64,000 bases of DNA from Microcoleus sp. (GTDB lineage Bacteria; Cyanobacteriota; Cyanobacteriia; Cyanobacteriales; Microcoleaceae), in the NCBI GenBank assembly GCA_052279835.1, contig CP181291.1:2688001-2752000 (forward strand), written 5' to 3'. Both the position numbers and the translations under genes were made by a program. Below are positions 1-11,389 of this stretch, piece by piece; the stretch's first letter is position 1, and each line of letters opens with the position of its first letter. The notes under the pieces are model-generated. The model ran no database searches. It had not been told where the DNA came from and saw nothing but the letters and a program-made list of their open reading frames with translations.

Positions 1-1206
1 TTTGCCCCACCTGTAGTGGGAGGAATTATTGGCTATTTCACCAATGATATAGCTATCAAAATGTTATTTCGCCCCTATCGAGCTATTTATGTCAAAGGGC
101 GGCAATTACCATTCACTCCCGGCTTGATCCCCCGCAACCAAGAGCGCTTAGCCAAGCGAATTTCGGACACAATTATGGGCTCACTCCTGACACCAGAGGA
201 GTTACAAAAATTAGCCCGTCGCCTTTTACAAACCGAGCGCATGCAGTCGGTAATTCTCTGGCTATTGCAGTTAGCCTTGGATCAAGTTAAAGCAGATGCA
301 GAGCAAAAAACTGCTAAAATTCTCGCCAACATTCTGCGAGATTTGCTAGGGGAATCAGTACCACGCATTCTCAAAATTTTGGCGCGACGGGAAGATTTTT
401 TAGAAGCTCAGTTAAATCAAATTTTTGACCAAGTTTTGCTGGAAATTCAGCTAACCGAAGCTCAGGCTGGTCAATTGGCTGATTGGCTGTTACAGGTAGT
501 AATACCGCCGGAAGTGTTGCGGCAGACTTTGATTGACTTTTTGACCGATCGCAATATTTCGATCATCGATGAAGGGTTTCGAGAAAAAACCAGCGGTACT
601 TATTGGGTAGTCGCCAATTTGTTTGGTTTACGGAACACTTTAACTCGACTGCGAACTTTTTGTCTCGATGACAAAGAAGCGACAAATCAGCGCTTAGCAG
701 AATTAACTGTGGCTTTGGGAATTCGCGGGCGAATTCAGGAGTGGCTGCAAAACTTGTCGATGCAAAATCTACCAGTTTCGACAGTGCGACAGTTACGCAA
801 AACTATGCGGGACAGCGTTCGCAGCTACGTTCAAGAACGGGGCACGGAGGTACTTCAGGGATTGAGCAAGTCTATTGACTGGGAAAATATTTCTAAGTTA
901 ATTCTGAGTAGATTGCAGACTTCAGCCGTGATGAGTGCTTCCCTGGAAATGGTTAGCAAAGAACTAGCTTTGGTTTTAGAGCGGTATCTGGAGCGGGATT
1001 TAGAAAATATTGTAGCTCAGGCGATCCCTATTTTAAATATCGATCAGGTGATTATTGATCGAGTTAAAGGTACTTCTCCTGAAGACTTGGAATTAGCAAT
1101 TCAGGGAATTGTCAAAAGCGAGTTGCAAGGAATAGTCAATTTAGGTGGAATTTTGGGTGTTTTGGTCGGCTGCTTGCAGACTGTTGTGCTGTTGGTACAG
1201 CGATGA
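1..1206 (+). CDS. DUF445 family membrane protein (5' partial; frame open from window start)
   Basis: N-terminal [20 protein letters not shown]...FTPGLIP and C-terminal [13 protein letters not shown] motifs. Confidence 0.85.
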   Translation, partial: FAPPVVGGIIGYFTNDIAIKMLFRPYRAIYVKGRQLPFTPGLIPRNQERLAKRISDTIMGSLLTPEELQKLARRLLQTERMQSVILWLLQLALDQVKADAEQKTAKILANILRDLLGESVPRILKILARREDFLEAQLNQIFDQVLLEIQLTEAQAGQLADWLLQVVIPPEVLRQTLIDFLTDRNISIIDEGFREKTSGTYWVVANLFGLRNTLTRLRTFCLDDKEATNQRLAELTVALGIRGRIQEWLQNLSMQNLPVSTVRQLRKTMRDSVRSYVQERGTEVLQGLSKSIDWENISKLILSRLQTSAVMSASLEMVSKELALVLERYLERDLENIVAQAIPILNIDQVIIDRVKGTSPEDLELAIQGIVKSELQGIVNLGGILGVLVGCLQTVVLLVQR

Positions 1207-1266
1207 TTTTTTTTGATGATTGTGAGATATTTGTTGTAGCATAAAATACACATCTTATTTAAATCT

Positions 1267-1575
1267 ATGCCAGCTCCCAATCCCGACGATCGCCCCTACC
1301 GCCCCAAAAACCCCCGCAACCTCAGTCCCGAACAATACAAACGTTTAACAGCAGAGATAGCCGCTCCCTATCGACCTCTGCGACAGTTGGTCTATATCGC
1401 TTGCGGCGCATCTGGCTTCATTGGTGGCTTAGTTTTCCTCGCTAAAATTGCCTCCGGCCAGCAAGTTAGCTCTACTTTGCCCAATTTTGCCCTCCAAGTG
1501 GGAGTGGTGGCTCTGATGGTGTTTCTGTTCCGCTGGGAGCAGCGCGCCCAGGGTCAACCCCCAAAACAGAAGTAA
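1267..1575 (+). CDS. DUF3493 small membrane protein
   Basis: RLTAEIAAPYRPLRQLVY motif followed by two TM helices. Confidence 0.75.
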   Translation: MPAPNPDDRPYRPKNPRNLSPEQYKRLTAEIAAPYRPLRQLVYIACGASGFIGGLVFLAKIASGQQVSSTLPNFALQVGVVALMVFLFRWEQRAQGQPPKQK

Positions 1576-1690
1576 TAAAATTTTACAAATAGAAATAAAA
1601 GTACATTTAAGGCAAGGAAAAGTTAGAATTATAAAGAAATCATTATGAAACCCTGGTTTGCGATCGATCCCTGTCATTATTGAAGGATGG

Positions 1691-1785
1691 GTTCAATTGG
1701 GGTCAGCAAATTTAAAGACCCTAATCATAAACCACTTTTGGGCCGTTCAAATGGGGTCAGCTTTCATAAAGACCCTAAACATAAA
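1691..1785 (+). repeat. Two imperfect 41-nt direct repeats (54-nt period), each with a GGGGTC-12nt-GACCCT hairpin; candidate sRNA or micropeptide
   Basis: GTTCAATTGGGGTCAGCAAATTTAAAGACCCTAATCATAAA vs GTTCAAATGGGGTCAGCTTTCATAAAGACCCTAAACATAAA. Confidence 0.7.
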
Positions 1786-1797
1786 AACTAACTTTAG

Positions 1798-1844
1798 ACT
1801 CACCGCCAGCCTTCACTTATAGAAGACCTGGTGGTGAGTTTTTT
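1798..1844 (+). terminator. Probable intrinsic terminator
   Basis: ACTCACCGCCAG...CTGGTGGTGAGT stem followed by a T run. Confidence 0.65.
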
Positions 1845-1874
1845 GATGCTGATTCCGGTACCAACGGACAGAAT

Positions 1875-1995
1875 ACTATCGGGGTTATTCACCCCCTTTT
1901 TGATCTGAGTCGCTAATTTCTCCGCCTCTGTACCTGTAACCCTCTCTCCCCCCTCTCCCCCTTACAGCAATGAAGGGTTTTTTTACCCGGATTTG
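1875..1995. repeat. Degenerate MITE-like element, family A (opposite orientation to 4172-4268)
   Basis: Shares GTCGCTAATTTCTCC core and TCACCCC / ACCCGGATTT ends with the reverse complement of 4172-4268. Confidence 0.6.
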
Positions 1996-2085
1996 AGCTC
2001 GCCTCTCCCGAAAAAATTTAGCTGGGCGGTAAGTAAATAAATATCGCTATAGTCGAAGTGGACAACAATATCTGGGGACTTTAGT

Positions 2086-2661
2086 ATGAGATGGTCATTT
2101 TTCAAACAGCGGTGGACTTTATGTTTAGCCACAGGGGCGGGAATGTTGTTTTACAGCGGTGCTGCGCTGGCCTCTGAAAAGGTAGTCCTCAAATACAGTG
2201 TGATTCGGATGACTATACCAGTCAGCGAATTAGAAAGTTTCGCGGAAACTGGCAAAATGTCTTCTGGCTTAGAGATGCTGTTGGGACAAGCTAAACAAGA
2301 CCCGGAAGCTATTCGCCGCCATCTGACGAGACCGGTTAAAGTCAATCCCAGGTTTTTGGATCGGACCCTGAATAGTAAAGTTGGAGACATGATTCTGGAT
2401 GAAGTCGGTCAGGTAATTCACACTCCTTCTGGGAATGCAAATAAAGAGGCTTTGCGCGCGGCTTTGGTGCTGTCTGCCAGCAGTGATAATGAAATTACAT
2501 TACTGGAAACCATCAAGAATTATCCGACGACCGAAGTTGACGTTGAGGGCGATCGTTTGGTGGAAGCTTATGGCAAACTGGTAGCCTTGTCAGAACAATT
2601 GGGCGGTGTTTCCGAACGGCTCCAAGACCTTTTGAATAAGATTCGTCTACCTAGACTTTAG
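2086..2661 (+). CDS. DUF1400 (alpha/beta hydrolase-associated) domain protein with signal peptide
   Basis: ALA-SEKVVLKYS...IPVSELESFAETG...ALRAALVLSA...ITLLETIKNYPT. Confidence 0.8.
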   Translation: MRWSFFKQRWTLCLATGAGMLFYSGAALASEKVVLKYSVIRMTIPVSELESFAETGKMSSGLEMLLGQAKQDPEAIRRHLTRPVKVNPRFLDRTLNSKVGDMILDEVGQVIHTPSGNANKEALRAALVLSASSDNEITLLETIKNYPTTEVDVEGDRLVEAYGKLVALSEQLGGVSERLQDLLNKIRLPRL

Positions 2662-2928
2662 GAGACGATCTCAAATCAGGCAAATTTCTGAGTTCGTAGA
2701 CAGAATAGTTCTCAACGTTCCGTATTTTCACTTATAAACAAGTTTTTTACCCAAAAAAATAGCACAAGTCTTTCTGTAACTTTCATATAATGAAATGCGA
2801 AACTATGGACATTATGAAATATCTATCTTAAGATATAGAAAAGCATCTCAAATCCCAAGATAACCGTACCTATTAGGGCGGTTGACTGCCATTCCATAGA
2901 CTTTATTTACTGGATAAAAACTAGCAAA

Positions 2929-4146
2929 ATGAACAACAATCCTATTCGGTCTAAAGATCGCTTCCTCGTATTTGGCTCTCCTGCGATCGAAGATGCTGAA
3001 ATTCAGGAAGTCGTATCGACTATGCAAACAGGCTGGTTGGGTACGGGGCCAAAGGTCATGCGCTTTGAAAATGACTTCAAAGCTTACAAGGGTTCCGAGT
3101 ACGCAATTGCAGTCAATTCCTGTACGGCAGGGCTGCATTTAAGTATCCTCGCTGCTTCGTTAAAACCAGGGGATGAAGTCATTACTACTCCGATGACTTT
3201 TTGTGCGACAGTTAACGCGATTATTCACGCAGGGGCAACACCTGTACTGGCAGATATCGACCCGGTGACCATGAATATTGACCCGGCGAAAGTTGAAGCT
3301 AAAATAACTTCCAAAACTAAGGCGATTTTGCCAGTTCACTTTGCAGGTCGTCCTTGCGATATGGATGCCCTGTGCGAAATTGCTCAACGCCACAACTTAA
3401 AGTTAATCGAAGACTGTGCTCACGCCATCGAAACAGAATATAAAGGACGGAAAGCAGGGACTTTTGGCGATTTCGGATGCTTCAGTTTTTATGTCACCAA
3501 AAACATCACGACGGGTGAAGGTGGCATGATTCTAAGTCGGAAACAAGAAGACGCTGACAGGCTCAAAATTTTAGCGCTGCACGGTATGAGCAAAGATGCT
3601 TGGAAGCGCTTCGGCGATTCAGGATACAAGCACTACCAAGTGGTGGAAGTCGGTTTTAAATACAATATGATGGATCTGCAAGCAGCGATCGGGATTCGTC
3701 AAATGGAACGAGTTGCTCCTTATTGGAAGCGGCGCGAAGAGATTTGGCAGCGCTACAATGAAGCATTTGCCGATTTACCAATTACTCTGCCGTCAGACCC
3801 AGAACCAGACACAATTCATGCCTACCACCTATACACGATTTTGGTAGATGAAGCCACCGCAGGCATCAGCCGCGACGAGTTTCTTAACGCTATTAATGCT
3901 GAGAATATCGGTGTTGGCGTACATTACATGAGTATGGCAGAACATCCTGTCTATCAGGAAATGTTTGGATGGCAGCCGGAAGATTATCCGAATGCATGTT
4001 ACGTCGGACTCCGCACCATAAGTTTGCCAATTTCAGCCAAATTAACAGATGCAGATGTTGAAGATGTGATTGCTGCTGTTAAAAAATGTTTGGCCAAGGG
4101 TAAGGTTCTACCTCAATTAGAGGTGACAGCAGGCAAAGCTGCCTAG
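2929..4146 (+). CDS. DegT/DnrJ/EryC1/StrS family PLP-dependent sugar aminotransferase
   Basis: IEDCAHA, FSFYVTKNITTGEGG (PLP lysine), GFKYNMMDLQAAIG. Confidence 0.93.
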   Translation: MNNNPIRSKDRFLVFGSPAIEDAEIQEVVSTMQTGWLGTGPKVMRFENDFKAYKGSEYAIAVNSCTAGLHLSILAASLKPGDEVITTPMTFCATVNAIIHAGATPVLADIDPVTMNIDPAKVEAKITSKTKAILPVHFAGRPCDMDALCEIAQRHNLKLIEDCAHAIETEYKGRKAGTFGDFGCFSFYVTKNITTGEGGMILSRKQEDADRLKILALHGMSKDAWKRFGDSGYKHYQVVEVGFKYNMMDLQAAIGIRQMERVAPYWKRREEIWQRYNEAFADLPITLPSDPEPDTIHAYHLYTILVDEATAGISRDEFLNAINAENIGVGVHYMSMAEHPVYQEMFGWQPEDYPNACYVGLRTISLPISAKLTDADVEDVIAAVKKCLAKGKVLPQLEVTAGKAA

Positions 4147-4171
4147 ACTATTAGCCCCAAAAACATCTAAT

Positions 4172-4268
4172 ACCAAATCCGGGTTTTTCACCCCCTTTAT
4201 TACTGTATGGGCGAGAGGGAGAAATTAGCGACCCACAGCCCAAATGGGGTGAAAAACCCGGATTTAGT
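4172..4268. mobile_element. MITE-like palindromic element, family A
   Basis: 23-bp terminal inverted repeats ACCAAATCCGGGTTTTTCACCCC / GGGGTGAAAAACCCGGATTTAGT. Confidence 0.75.
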
Positions 4269-4273
4269 CGGAT

Positions 4274-4652
4274 ATCTCTATTCCTCATGCTCGACTAATT
4301 GAAATGTTGAAGTACAAAGCTGAATTGATGGGAATAAAGGTAATAGAACAAGAAGAATCCTATACTTCCAAATCGAACTTCCTGAATTTAGATCCAATTC
4401 CTGTGTACGGGAATATTGGAACCTTCGATGTCACATTTAGTGGTCAGCGAATTAAGAGAGGATTGTATAGAACAGCGTCGGGTCAATTGATTAATGCCGA
4501 TGTTAACGGGTCTTACAATATATTGAGAAAAGCAATCCCAAATGCGTTTAGCCATGGGATAGGTCGTGGGCGTAGTTCAGCCGAGGCGGGTTAATCCGCT
4601 CGAAGTAAAAGCGAAGGGGGAGGGACTCAACGCCTCCTTAGTCATGTCATAA
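4274..4652 (+). pseudogene. tnpB: 5'-truncated TnpB (IS200/IS605/IS607-type) C-terminal remnant
   Basis: ISIPHARLIEMLKYKAEL...EESYTSK...INADVNGSYNILRK; tail VVQPRRVNPLEVKAKGEG continues after a +1 shift at about 4569; truncated at the MITE. Confidence 0.8.
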
Positions 4653-4833
4653 ATGCCTATACTTTTACCAGCTATCTATTGATAGGAATGACCAATTTTA
4701 ACTTAAGTCCTGGAAGCTATAAAAACAAAGGCAAGCCCTTGATTTTTATGCCCAAAAATCTACGGTCTAAAAAAAGACTATAGATAGTTTAACACATTTC
4801 AATTTGTCCAGTTGCTAAGGAAAAAAATCAATA

Positions 4834-6057
4834 ATGAATAAACAAATTGGCTACTTTATCCCTGAATTTCCAGGGCAAACTCATACTTGGATTTGGCGTG
4901 AATATCAAGCAATGCTGGATATTGGTATGAAACCTCACATCATCTCCACCCGCCGTCCGCCCACAAAGGTTGTACATACTTGGGCTCAGAAAGCCCAAAG
5001 TATCACCGATTATTTAGTCCCCTTTGAACTCAAAGATTTTGTAAATATTCCCATCCAACTCATCAAAGCTGGTCCGATTGCTTGGTGGCGCTGTCTGAGT
5101 GTAATTGCCAATGCCAAGGATGTGTCTTTAGCTCAAAAGCTTTACTACTTGGTATTGGTCGTTATGGGTGCAAAGCTAGCTTGGTTTGCCAAAACCCAGG
5201 GCTGGTCTCACGTCCACGTTCATTCCTGTGGCAATGCTGCTAATATAGCCCTATTTGCCTCCATACTTTCGGACATTACTTATAGTGTCGCCCTTCTCGG
5301 TCAGTTAGAAGATTTTGGGGGCAATCAAGAGCAAAAATGGCAACATTCTGCTTTTGCTTCTGTGATGTCTGAACAACTTCTCTACTCTATCAAAGATGAG
5401 CTAGAAGGTTTCTTGCCCAAGGATGTGAGAGTTTCACCAGTGGGTGTTAATCTCGATGAAATTAAGCGTGAAACTCCCTACACTCCTTGGCAGGAAGGGA
5501 CTCAATGCCGAATTTATACTTGTGGCCGTCTCAATATAGCTAAAGGACACAAGTACCTAATTAAGTCAATTAAGTTGCTTCGAGAACGAGGGTTTGATGT
5601 CCGTTTGCAGATTGCTGGGGAGGATGGAAACGCTGGTAATGGCTACCGGAAAGAATTGGAAAAATTCATTGTAGATGAATCCATGTCTGATTATGTTGAG
5701 CTGCTGGGTTCTGTCTCCGAAGAACGAAATCGGCAAGGTTATAAAGAGGCTGATATTTTTGCTTTACCCAGCCTAAAAGAGGGAATTTCTGTAGCGGTTA
5801 TGGAAGCAATGGCTATGGAAACTCCTGTAGTAGTGACCCAGGTGGGTGGCATGATGGAACTGATAGATAACGGTGTTGACGGTATGCTGGTCCCGGCGGA
5901 AGATCCGGAAAAAATGGCAGATGCGATCGCAAAATTGTTACAGGACAAAGAGTTAACTTTGAGTCTGACTCAAAAATCACGACAGAAGATTGCTGATAAA
6001 TTCCACCATCGGCGCAGCGCTCAGATTTTACTTGAATCCTTGGAGCATCTCAACTAA
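4834..6057 (+). CDS. GT4 family glycosyltransferase (exopolysaccharide-type)
   Basis: GRLNIAKGH, PSLKEGISVAVMEAMAMETPVV (EX7E motif). Confidence 0.9.
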   Translation: MNKQIGYFIPEFPGQTHTWIWREYQAMLDIGMKPHIISTRRPPTKVVHTWAQKAQSITDYLVPFELKDFVNIPIQLIKAGPIAWWRCLSVIANAKDVSLAQKLYYLVLVVMGAKLAWFAKTQGWSHVHVHSCGNAANIALFASILSDITYSVALLGQLEDFGGNQEQKWQHSAFASVMSEQLLYSIKDELEGFLPKDVRVSPVGVNLDEIKRETPYTPWQEGTQCRIYTCGRLNIAKGHKYLIKSIKLLRERGFDVRLQIAGEDGNAGNGYRKELEKFIVDESMSDYVELLGSVSEERNRQGYKEADIFALPSLKEGISVAVMEAMAMETPVVVTQVGGMMELIDNGVDGMLVPAEDPEKMADAIAKLLQDKELTLSLTQKSRQKIADKFHHRRSAQILLESLEHLN

Positions 6058-6262
6058 ATTTTGGCAAAATTCAATTCGGTGATTTTTTGAGTAGGGCCCG
6101 ATAACGTCCTAGCTCCTGAATATAAGGAGCTAGGATATTTATATTAATTTTGAAATGCCCTTGCTGCTGAAAAATCGTGAAATTAACGCCTTGTTTCAAG
6201 TTGGTTTTAAACCAGGGGCGATGGGAAGCTACTATGAGTTACAACATTTCGCTTCGCAGCAC

Positions 6263-6487
6263 TCAGTAAGCCAAAGTTGCTAAAGTTTCTCGCAAATAGG
6301 AGCGAACTTGCTGGTCGATGCTGACAGTTGCCTGCTGATTCTCAAAATTTCGCTCTAGCTGCCAGCGTTGAAATCCAGAACTTGCGCCGATCGCTTTTTT
6401 GAGACTGCCCCAGATTTGAGAATCTTCGTACAGCTCGATCGGCTCTGCTGCTTGAGGTTCTTGTGCGATCGTTTGTGCATTCGCCAT
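6263..6487 (-). CDS. Conserved cyanobacterial small protein
   Basis: WGSLKKAIGASSGFQRW...VRSYLRETLATLAY; GAGG RBS upstream. Confidence 0.7.
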   Translation of the reverse strand: MANAQTIAQEPQAAEPIELYEDSQIWGSLKKAIGASSGFQRWQLERNFENQQATVSIDQQVRSYLRETLATLAY

Positions 6488-6766
6488 ATTTTTATACCTC
6501 TGTTTTAATCCCCAGTGAGGACTTAAAGCTTACCTTGACAATTTCCATTATATATTCTCCTCTCCCAATAGCAAATGAAAAATCAAAATAAGCTCAAATT
6601 AAAAATTTGATATTAAATGTTAATAATCTCAATAATTTTCAATTAATAACTATGGATTTATTAGCACATTATTTTGAAATCAGCAGTATCTTAAAATACA
6701 ATTGAATCCAGGGCTGGTTATTTTTTTAATCCTAAATCCCGAATCCCAAATCTCGCCGGGCCAGGA

Positions 6767-7399
6767 TCAAATCCCATCTCCCTCTTCAGGTTTCCCCCGA
6801 TCTTCAGCTTCGGCAAAAGCGGGTAAAATGCGATCGACCTGCCAGCCTGCGATCGTGAAATCGAGCCCAACTTTATCCAAAACATGAGGCTGTCTCGCTG
6901 CCAATTCTGATTCCGGTGTCAGCAATACAGCCAGGACACTAGCAGGCACCTGCAAGAACAAATTGCTAGCTAGAAAAGCCCCAGCAGCCAACAGCAATCC
7001 AGCCAATCGCCATTGAGGAGGAAAAGGAGCGACGGAAGCTGCCAGGGGAGAAAATCGATATAGTTGCCACAAAATTACTGCCAGCAAAATAGCCAAAAAC
7101 AGAGCTAATCCTTGATTTAAGCGAGATTTAAACCCAGCCAGAATCCGCTGCTGTGCATTTGTGAGATTCTGGGGTTTCACCGCCACCACTAAAATACTAA
7201 AAATGTAAAAAGGACGAAACCACTGCATCCAAAGCACAGGCACAATACCTGCGGCCCCGACTAAAAATACTTCCAGCCACACTGGTAGCAGCGGAGAACC
7301 CACCGCTAGTCCCAGCCAACAAAGTCCAAGGAAAATCGGCAATGCAGCCAGCCCAGCCAGGTGAATCCACAAAAAAGGTTCAGACCAAAAAGAACGCAT
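6767..7399 (-). CDS. Low-complexity-tail membrane protein (conserved downstream of infB in cyanobacteria)
   Basis: SEPFLWIHLAGLAALP...FLASNLFLQVP; multiple TM helices. Confidence 0.75.
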   Translation of the reverse strand: MRSFWSEPFLWIHLAGLAALPIFLGLCWLGLAVGSPLLPVWLEVFLVGAAGIVPVLWMQWFRPFYIFSILVVAVKPQNLTNAQQRILAGFKSRLNQGLALFLAILLAVILWQLYRFSPLAASVAPFPPQWRLAGLLLAAGAFLASNLFLQVPASVLAVLLTPESELAARQPHVLDKVGLDFTIAGWQVDRILPAFAEAEDRGKPEEGDGI

Positions 7400-7402
7400 A
7401 AG

Positions 7403-7462
7403 TAGAAGGAAGAAGGAAGAAGGAAGAAGAACCCCCCCAAGGGGGGAAGGAAGAAGGAAGAA
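7403..7462. repeat. (AGAAGGA)n heptamer tandem repeat interrupted by a CCCCCCAAGGGGGG palindrome
   Basis: Read directly; same palindrome recurs at about 60385-60399. Confidence 0.8.
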
Positions 7463-7470
7463 TGCTTAAA

Positions 7471-7501
7471 ACTCAAGGCTGGTAATTAACCAGCCTTGAG
7501 T
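7471..7501 (-). terminator. Terminator after infB
   Basis: ACTCAAGGCTGGT-AATTA-ACCAGCCTTGAGT perfect stem with T run on the minus strand. Confidence 0.75.
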
Positions 7502-7528
7502 CCCCGATCCACAATTGAGAATCCAAAA

Positions 7529-10500
7529 TTATGCTGAGAGCGTGCGACGTTTAGTCACCATTCGGTAGGCTTCAATCATGTCGCCTTGGGCCCAGTCGGT
7601 AAACCCATTCAAGGAAATGCCACATTCAAAGCCAGTATTGACTTCCTTAGCATCTTCCTTCATCCGTTTCAGGGAGTCGAGGACACCTTCATAGACGACA
7701 TTGTTGCCACGGCGCACCCGCACCTTGCAGTTGCGAATGACCTTGCCAGAAAGTACCATACATCCAGCCACAGCTCCACGACCGATCGCGAACACAGCGC
7801 GCACTTCGACTTGACCCAGAGGTTCTTCCACCAGTTCTGGTTCCAGCAAGCCTTCCATCGCCCCTTGAATGTCATCCAAGAGGTTGTAGATGATGCTGTA
7901 TTCCCGCACGTCTACCCCTGCTTGGTCGGCTGCTTGGCGAGCGCCTGTGGCGAGGGTAGTATTGAACCCGATAATCACGGCATTACTAGCCGCGGCGAGG
8001 TCAACGTCGGTTTCTGTGACTTCTCCAGGAGCAGATAGCAGCAATCGGAGTTGAACTTCTTTTTGAGGAAGTTGGGTCAGAGCGCCGACAATGGCTTCTA
8101 GGGAGCCTTGGACATCTGCCTTCAAGATCAAGTTGAGTTCCTTGAGAACGCCTTCCTTAGCTTGTTGAGAGAAGCCACTGAGGCTGATTCTGCCACCTTG
8201 CAACAGACGGGAATCTCGTTGGGATGTAGCTCTGCCGCTGGCGATCGCCGCTGCTTCTTTTTCGTTGGCGAAGACATCGAATTCGTCTCCAGCACGAGGC
8301 ACTTCTCGCAGCCCCAGCACTTCCACCGCAAAAGATGGACTTGCTTGTTCGACGCGAGCGCCCCGATCGTCGATCATAGCCCGCACCTTACCCAAGGCCG
8401 AGCCTGCGACCACAATATCGCCTACCCGCAGAGTACCGTTTTGGACTAGCAGAGTTGCCACCGGACCCCTTGCCTTGTCGAGGTGAGCTTCAATCACCGT
8501 ACCCTTAGCCGAGCGATTCGGGTTGGCGTTGAGGTCTTCCATTTCCGCGACTGTCAAGATCATTTCCAACAACGTATCGAGGTTTTCGCCTCGGATCGCG
8601 CTGACTGGAACCATCGTGACATCGCCACCCCAATCGTCTGCAACCAAGCCGTACTCTGTCAGCTCTTGCTTCACCCGTTCCGGCTGAGCGCCCTCCTTGT
8701 CAATTTTATTGATCGCCACGACAATTGGCACTTTAGCCGCTTTGGCGTGACTGATCGCTTCAATTGTTTGGGGTCGCACACCGTCATCGGCCGCCACCAC
8801 CAAGATAGCAACGTCTGTGACACGAGTTCCGCGAGCACGCATTGCTGTAAAGGCTTCGTGACCAGGAGTATCCAAAAATACCACCTGCTGGCTCTTGCCT
8901 TCGTGTTCCACATCTACGTGGTAAGCACCAATGTGCTGGGTAATACCGCCAGCTTCTCCCTGAGCCACCTTAGTTTTGCGGATCGAGTCGAGCAAGGTAG
9001 TTTTACCATGATCCACGTGACCCATAATCGTGACTACTGGCGGACGGCGTTGGAGGTATTCCAAATCACCTTCCTCCACCATACCGGTTACTTTGATAGC
9101 TGGGGCTACTTTTTCAGGGGTTTCTACCTCTATGCCCATTTCTTCAGCTACCATTCTCACCGCTGCAATGTCCAAGGTTTCGGTAATGTTGACCGCAATA
9201 CCTTTAGAGAACAGCCGCTTGATAATTTCGGTTTCGGGAACAGCCAGAGTAGCTGCCAGTTCCTGAACGGTCATCGGCCTGCTCAGCACCAGTGTTTCTG
9301 GACGTTCTACTTTTGTTTCGGCTGCTTTGCCACGATTATTACCCCGTCCTCCACTGGCACCAGAGGAGCTCTTATCGTGAGAAGGGCCCGGTCTCTTATT
9401 TTTGCCACTGCTTCCGGGTGCACCCGGAGTTGGTGTTGATTTGGCTGCTGCTGGTGACTTCGCCTTAGCAGGGCGGGCTAGGGACAAGCTGACCATTACT
9501 GGTGCTGGCATATCCAAGCCATTTTCTAAGTCATCATCATCCTCATCGATGGGTTTTAGGCGAGAACGTTTGACCTTACCAGCTTTGGCTGCTTTGCTAG
9601 CTGCATCTGGGTTTTCGTCATCATCTTCTTCCCAAATGACCTGTGTCTTTTTGGCTGGCTTTGGCAGCGTCGGCTTAGGAAGGAGAAGAGTATCCAGCAA
9701 CAACGACGTATCGTCTCCGTCATCGTCTCCGTCTTCTCCGGTGGCTGAGATGTCACTGCCCCGGCTGCGCAGCCCGGCGGCTGAAGTTGCGGGGGCAAGG
9801 CTCCGGCGCGGGCCGCCTGGGCTTGGTCGTTCTGCCAGTTGAGTTTTGACGCTTCCGGGTCCATCGAGGCGCGGTCTTTGGGCGCGAGATTCGGTACCAC
9901 CGGCCGCTGGTCTGGTGGGTCGAGTCGGTTTAGCAGGTGCTTCCCGACTTTCTGCCTGTTCTGATTGTTCTTGCTCAGTTTTGGCAACTTTGATGATCGG
10001 CCTATTTCCCTGAGTCAGTTGGGTGCGATTAGCAGACTCTCCGGCGGGTCTGACTGGTGGCGATGTCAGCTTTGCCGACGGCCCCGGAGGGGTGCTGGCA
10101 ACGCGCTGAATTCGTTCGGGGGCTTTTTCCAAGGACGGTTGGGCTGCTATCGTTGCCGGAGCCTCGGTGTTGGTTTCTGGGTCGATATCACCTACAGTTT
10201 GAGACACTGTTGCTGACGAAGGCGCTGCTGATGGAGCATTCGGCTTCGACAGTACGGGTCGATTGATATTTGGCTTAGCCGGAGGTTGGAGCTGTTGAGC
10301 CGCTGGAGATTTGGGAGGAGTGGCGACGGTTGCCTGTGTGTTTTTTCTCTCCTCGTTCCCCGGCTGCTGGGAGTTTGCACCAGCCTGGGGTCGTACTTTT
10401 GGACTGCGTATTTCTAAAATTTGCTGCTTTTTTTGTTGATCGTTAGGATGAGGGCCAGATTCTCTAGATGGCGCTGCTGCTCTTTCGGGGGGAGCTGGCT

Positions 10501-10690
10501 TGCCGGGGGAAGAGTGGCTGGCTACGTATTTTTCCGCCGTTTTGCGAATGCGTTCTGCTTCTGATTCTGTGATTGTGCTGCTGTGGCTCTTGACTGAAAT
10601 ATTGAGCCGCTCGCACACTGCCAAGATGTCTTTATTATCCAAATTTAGTTCCCGTGATAACTCGTAAATTCTTACTTTGCCGTTGTTCAT
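7529..10690 (-). CDS. infB: Translation initiation factor IF-2
   Basis: [12 protein letters not shown]-domain, [21 protein letters not shown]. Confidence 0.98.
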   Translation of the reverse strand: MNNGKVRIYELSRELNLDNKDILAVCERLNISVKSHSSTITESEAERIRKTAEKYVASHSSPGKPAPPERAAAPSRESGPHPNDQQKKQQILEIRSPKVRPQAGANSQQPGNEERKNTQATVATPPKSPAAQQLQPPAKPNINRPVLSKPNAPSAAPSSATVSQTVGDIDPETNTEAPATIAAQPSLEKAPERIQRVASTPPGPSAKLTSPPVRPAGESANRTQLTQGNRPIIKVAKTEQEQSEQAESREAPAKPTRPTRPAAGGTESRAQRPRLDGPGSVKTQLAERPSPGGPRRSLAPATSAAGLRSRGSDISATGEDGDDDGDDTSLLLDTLLLPKPTLPKPAKKTQVIWEEDDDENPDAASKAAKAGKVKRSRLKPIDEDDDDLENGLDMPAPVMVSLSLARPAKAKSPAAAKSTPTPGAPGSSGKNKRPGPSHDKSSSGASGGRGNNRGKAAETKVERPETLVLSRPMTVQELAATLAVPETEIIKRLFSKGIAVNITETLDIAAVRMVAEEMGIEVETPEKVAPAIKVTGMVEEGDLEYLQRRPPVVTIMGHVDHGKTTLLDSIRKTKVAQGEAGGITQHIGAYHVDVEHEGKSQQVVFLDTPGHEAFTAMRARGTRVTDVAILVVAADDGVRPQTIEAISHAKAAKVPIVVAINKIDKEGAQPERVKQELTEYGLVADDWGGDVTMVPVSAIRGENLDTLLEMILTVAEMEDLNANPNRSAKGTVIEAHLDKARGPVATLLVQNGTLRVGDIVVAGSALGKVRAMIDDRGARVEQASPSFAVEVLGLREVPRAGDEFDVFANEKEAAAIASGRATSQRDSRLLQGGRISLSGFSQQAKEGVLKELNLILKADVQGSLEAIVGALTQLPQKEVQLRLLLSAPGEVTETDVDLAAASNAVIIGFNTTLATGARQAADQAGVDVREYSIIYNLLDDIQGAMEGLLEPELVEEPLGQVEVRAVFAIGRGAVAGCMVLSGKVIRNCKVRVRRGNNVVYEGVLDSLKRMKEDAKEVNTGFECGISLNGFTDWAQGDMIEAYRMVTKRRTLSA

Positions 10691-11113
10691 CCACTCTGCC
10701 CTCTGTTATGCCAACCAGTTTTTACATTTTGATTTTTTGTTCTAATGACGACATCATTCGCTGTGATTGATTTCAGTGTCAGGAATCGGGGTTTTGGTAC
10801 TCTCTCAGCAGTTCCATCTATAAAAATGCAACCTAGCTGAAGTCTGCGATCGGAGAATTCTCAAGTTTTTTTGAGAACTTAGAACTCAGAAGTCTAAGTT
10901 TTGGCAAAAGCCACTTTCTCCAACTTCTTAGTTCCCTTTTCTACCTTGAGGATACCTCTGCTAGTACCCCACCCTTATCTAATCTGACACAAATCTTTCC
11001 AGACTGGTGGGCAGATCGGATTGGGGTTTTAGTGGTCGCACTACCGGTAATTACAGGTAGGGCTGCCAAGAGGGTTTGTACGGAGGAAGCCGAGGGTTTG
11101 TCGGCTTTGACCT

Positions 11114-11380
11114 TTAAGAGGCGCAGTCAGAGGTGGCTAAACGCTGCCAAAGTTTTTGGTACAGTTCGTCAGACACAGGCGCTTTGAGCGATCGCCCAAG
11201 TCGATTTTTTTTCTGAGCTGCTTTGAGGCATTCTGCTTGCGGACAAAGGTAAGCTGAACGACCCATGCCAAGATCTAATTGTACCTGATGAGAAGGATAG
11301 ACCCTGACTACTCTCCAAAAAGCTTCTTTTGGAGCTACTTTTCGACAACTTGCACAGCATCGGTAGTTCGGTTTCATCAT
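11114..11380 (-). CDS. ylxR: YlxR/DUF448 RNA-binding protein
   Basis: RCCASCRK...GRSAYLC; located between nusA and infB. Confidence 0.9.
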   Translation of the reverse strand: MMKPNYRCCASCRKVAPKEAFWRVVRVYPSHQVQLDLGMGRSAYLCPQAECLKAAQKKNRLGRSLKAPVSDELYQKLWQRLATSDCAS

Positions 11381-11389
11381 TTACGTCAT

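Noticed and set aside
1691..1785. Mini CRISPR array
   Set aside because: Only two copies, a 13-nt gap, variation inside the repeat and no cas genes
7586..10380. Numerous antisense and alternate-frame ORFs over infB and other long genes
   Set aside because: Shadow ORFs without recognisable motifs
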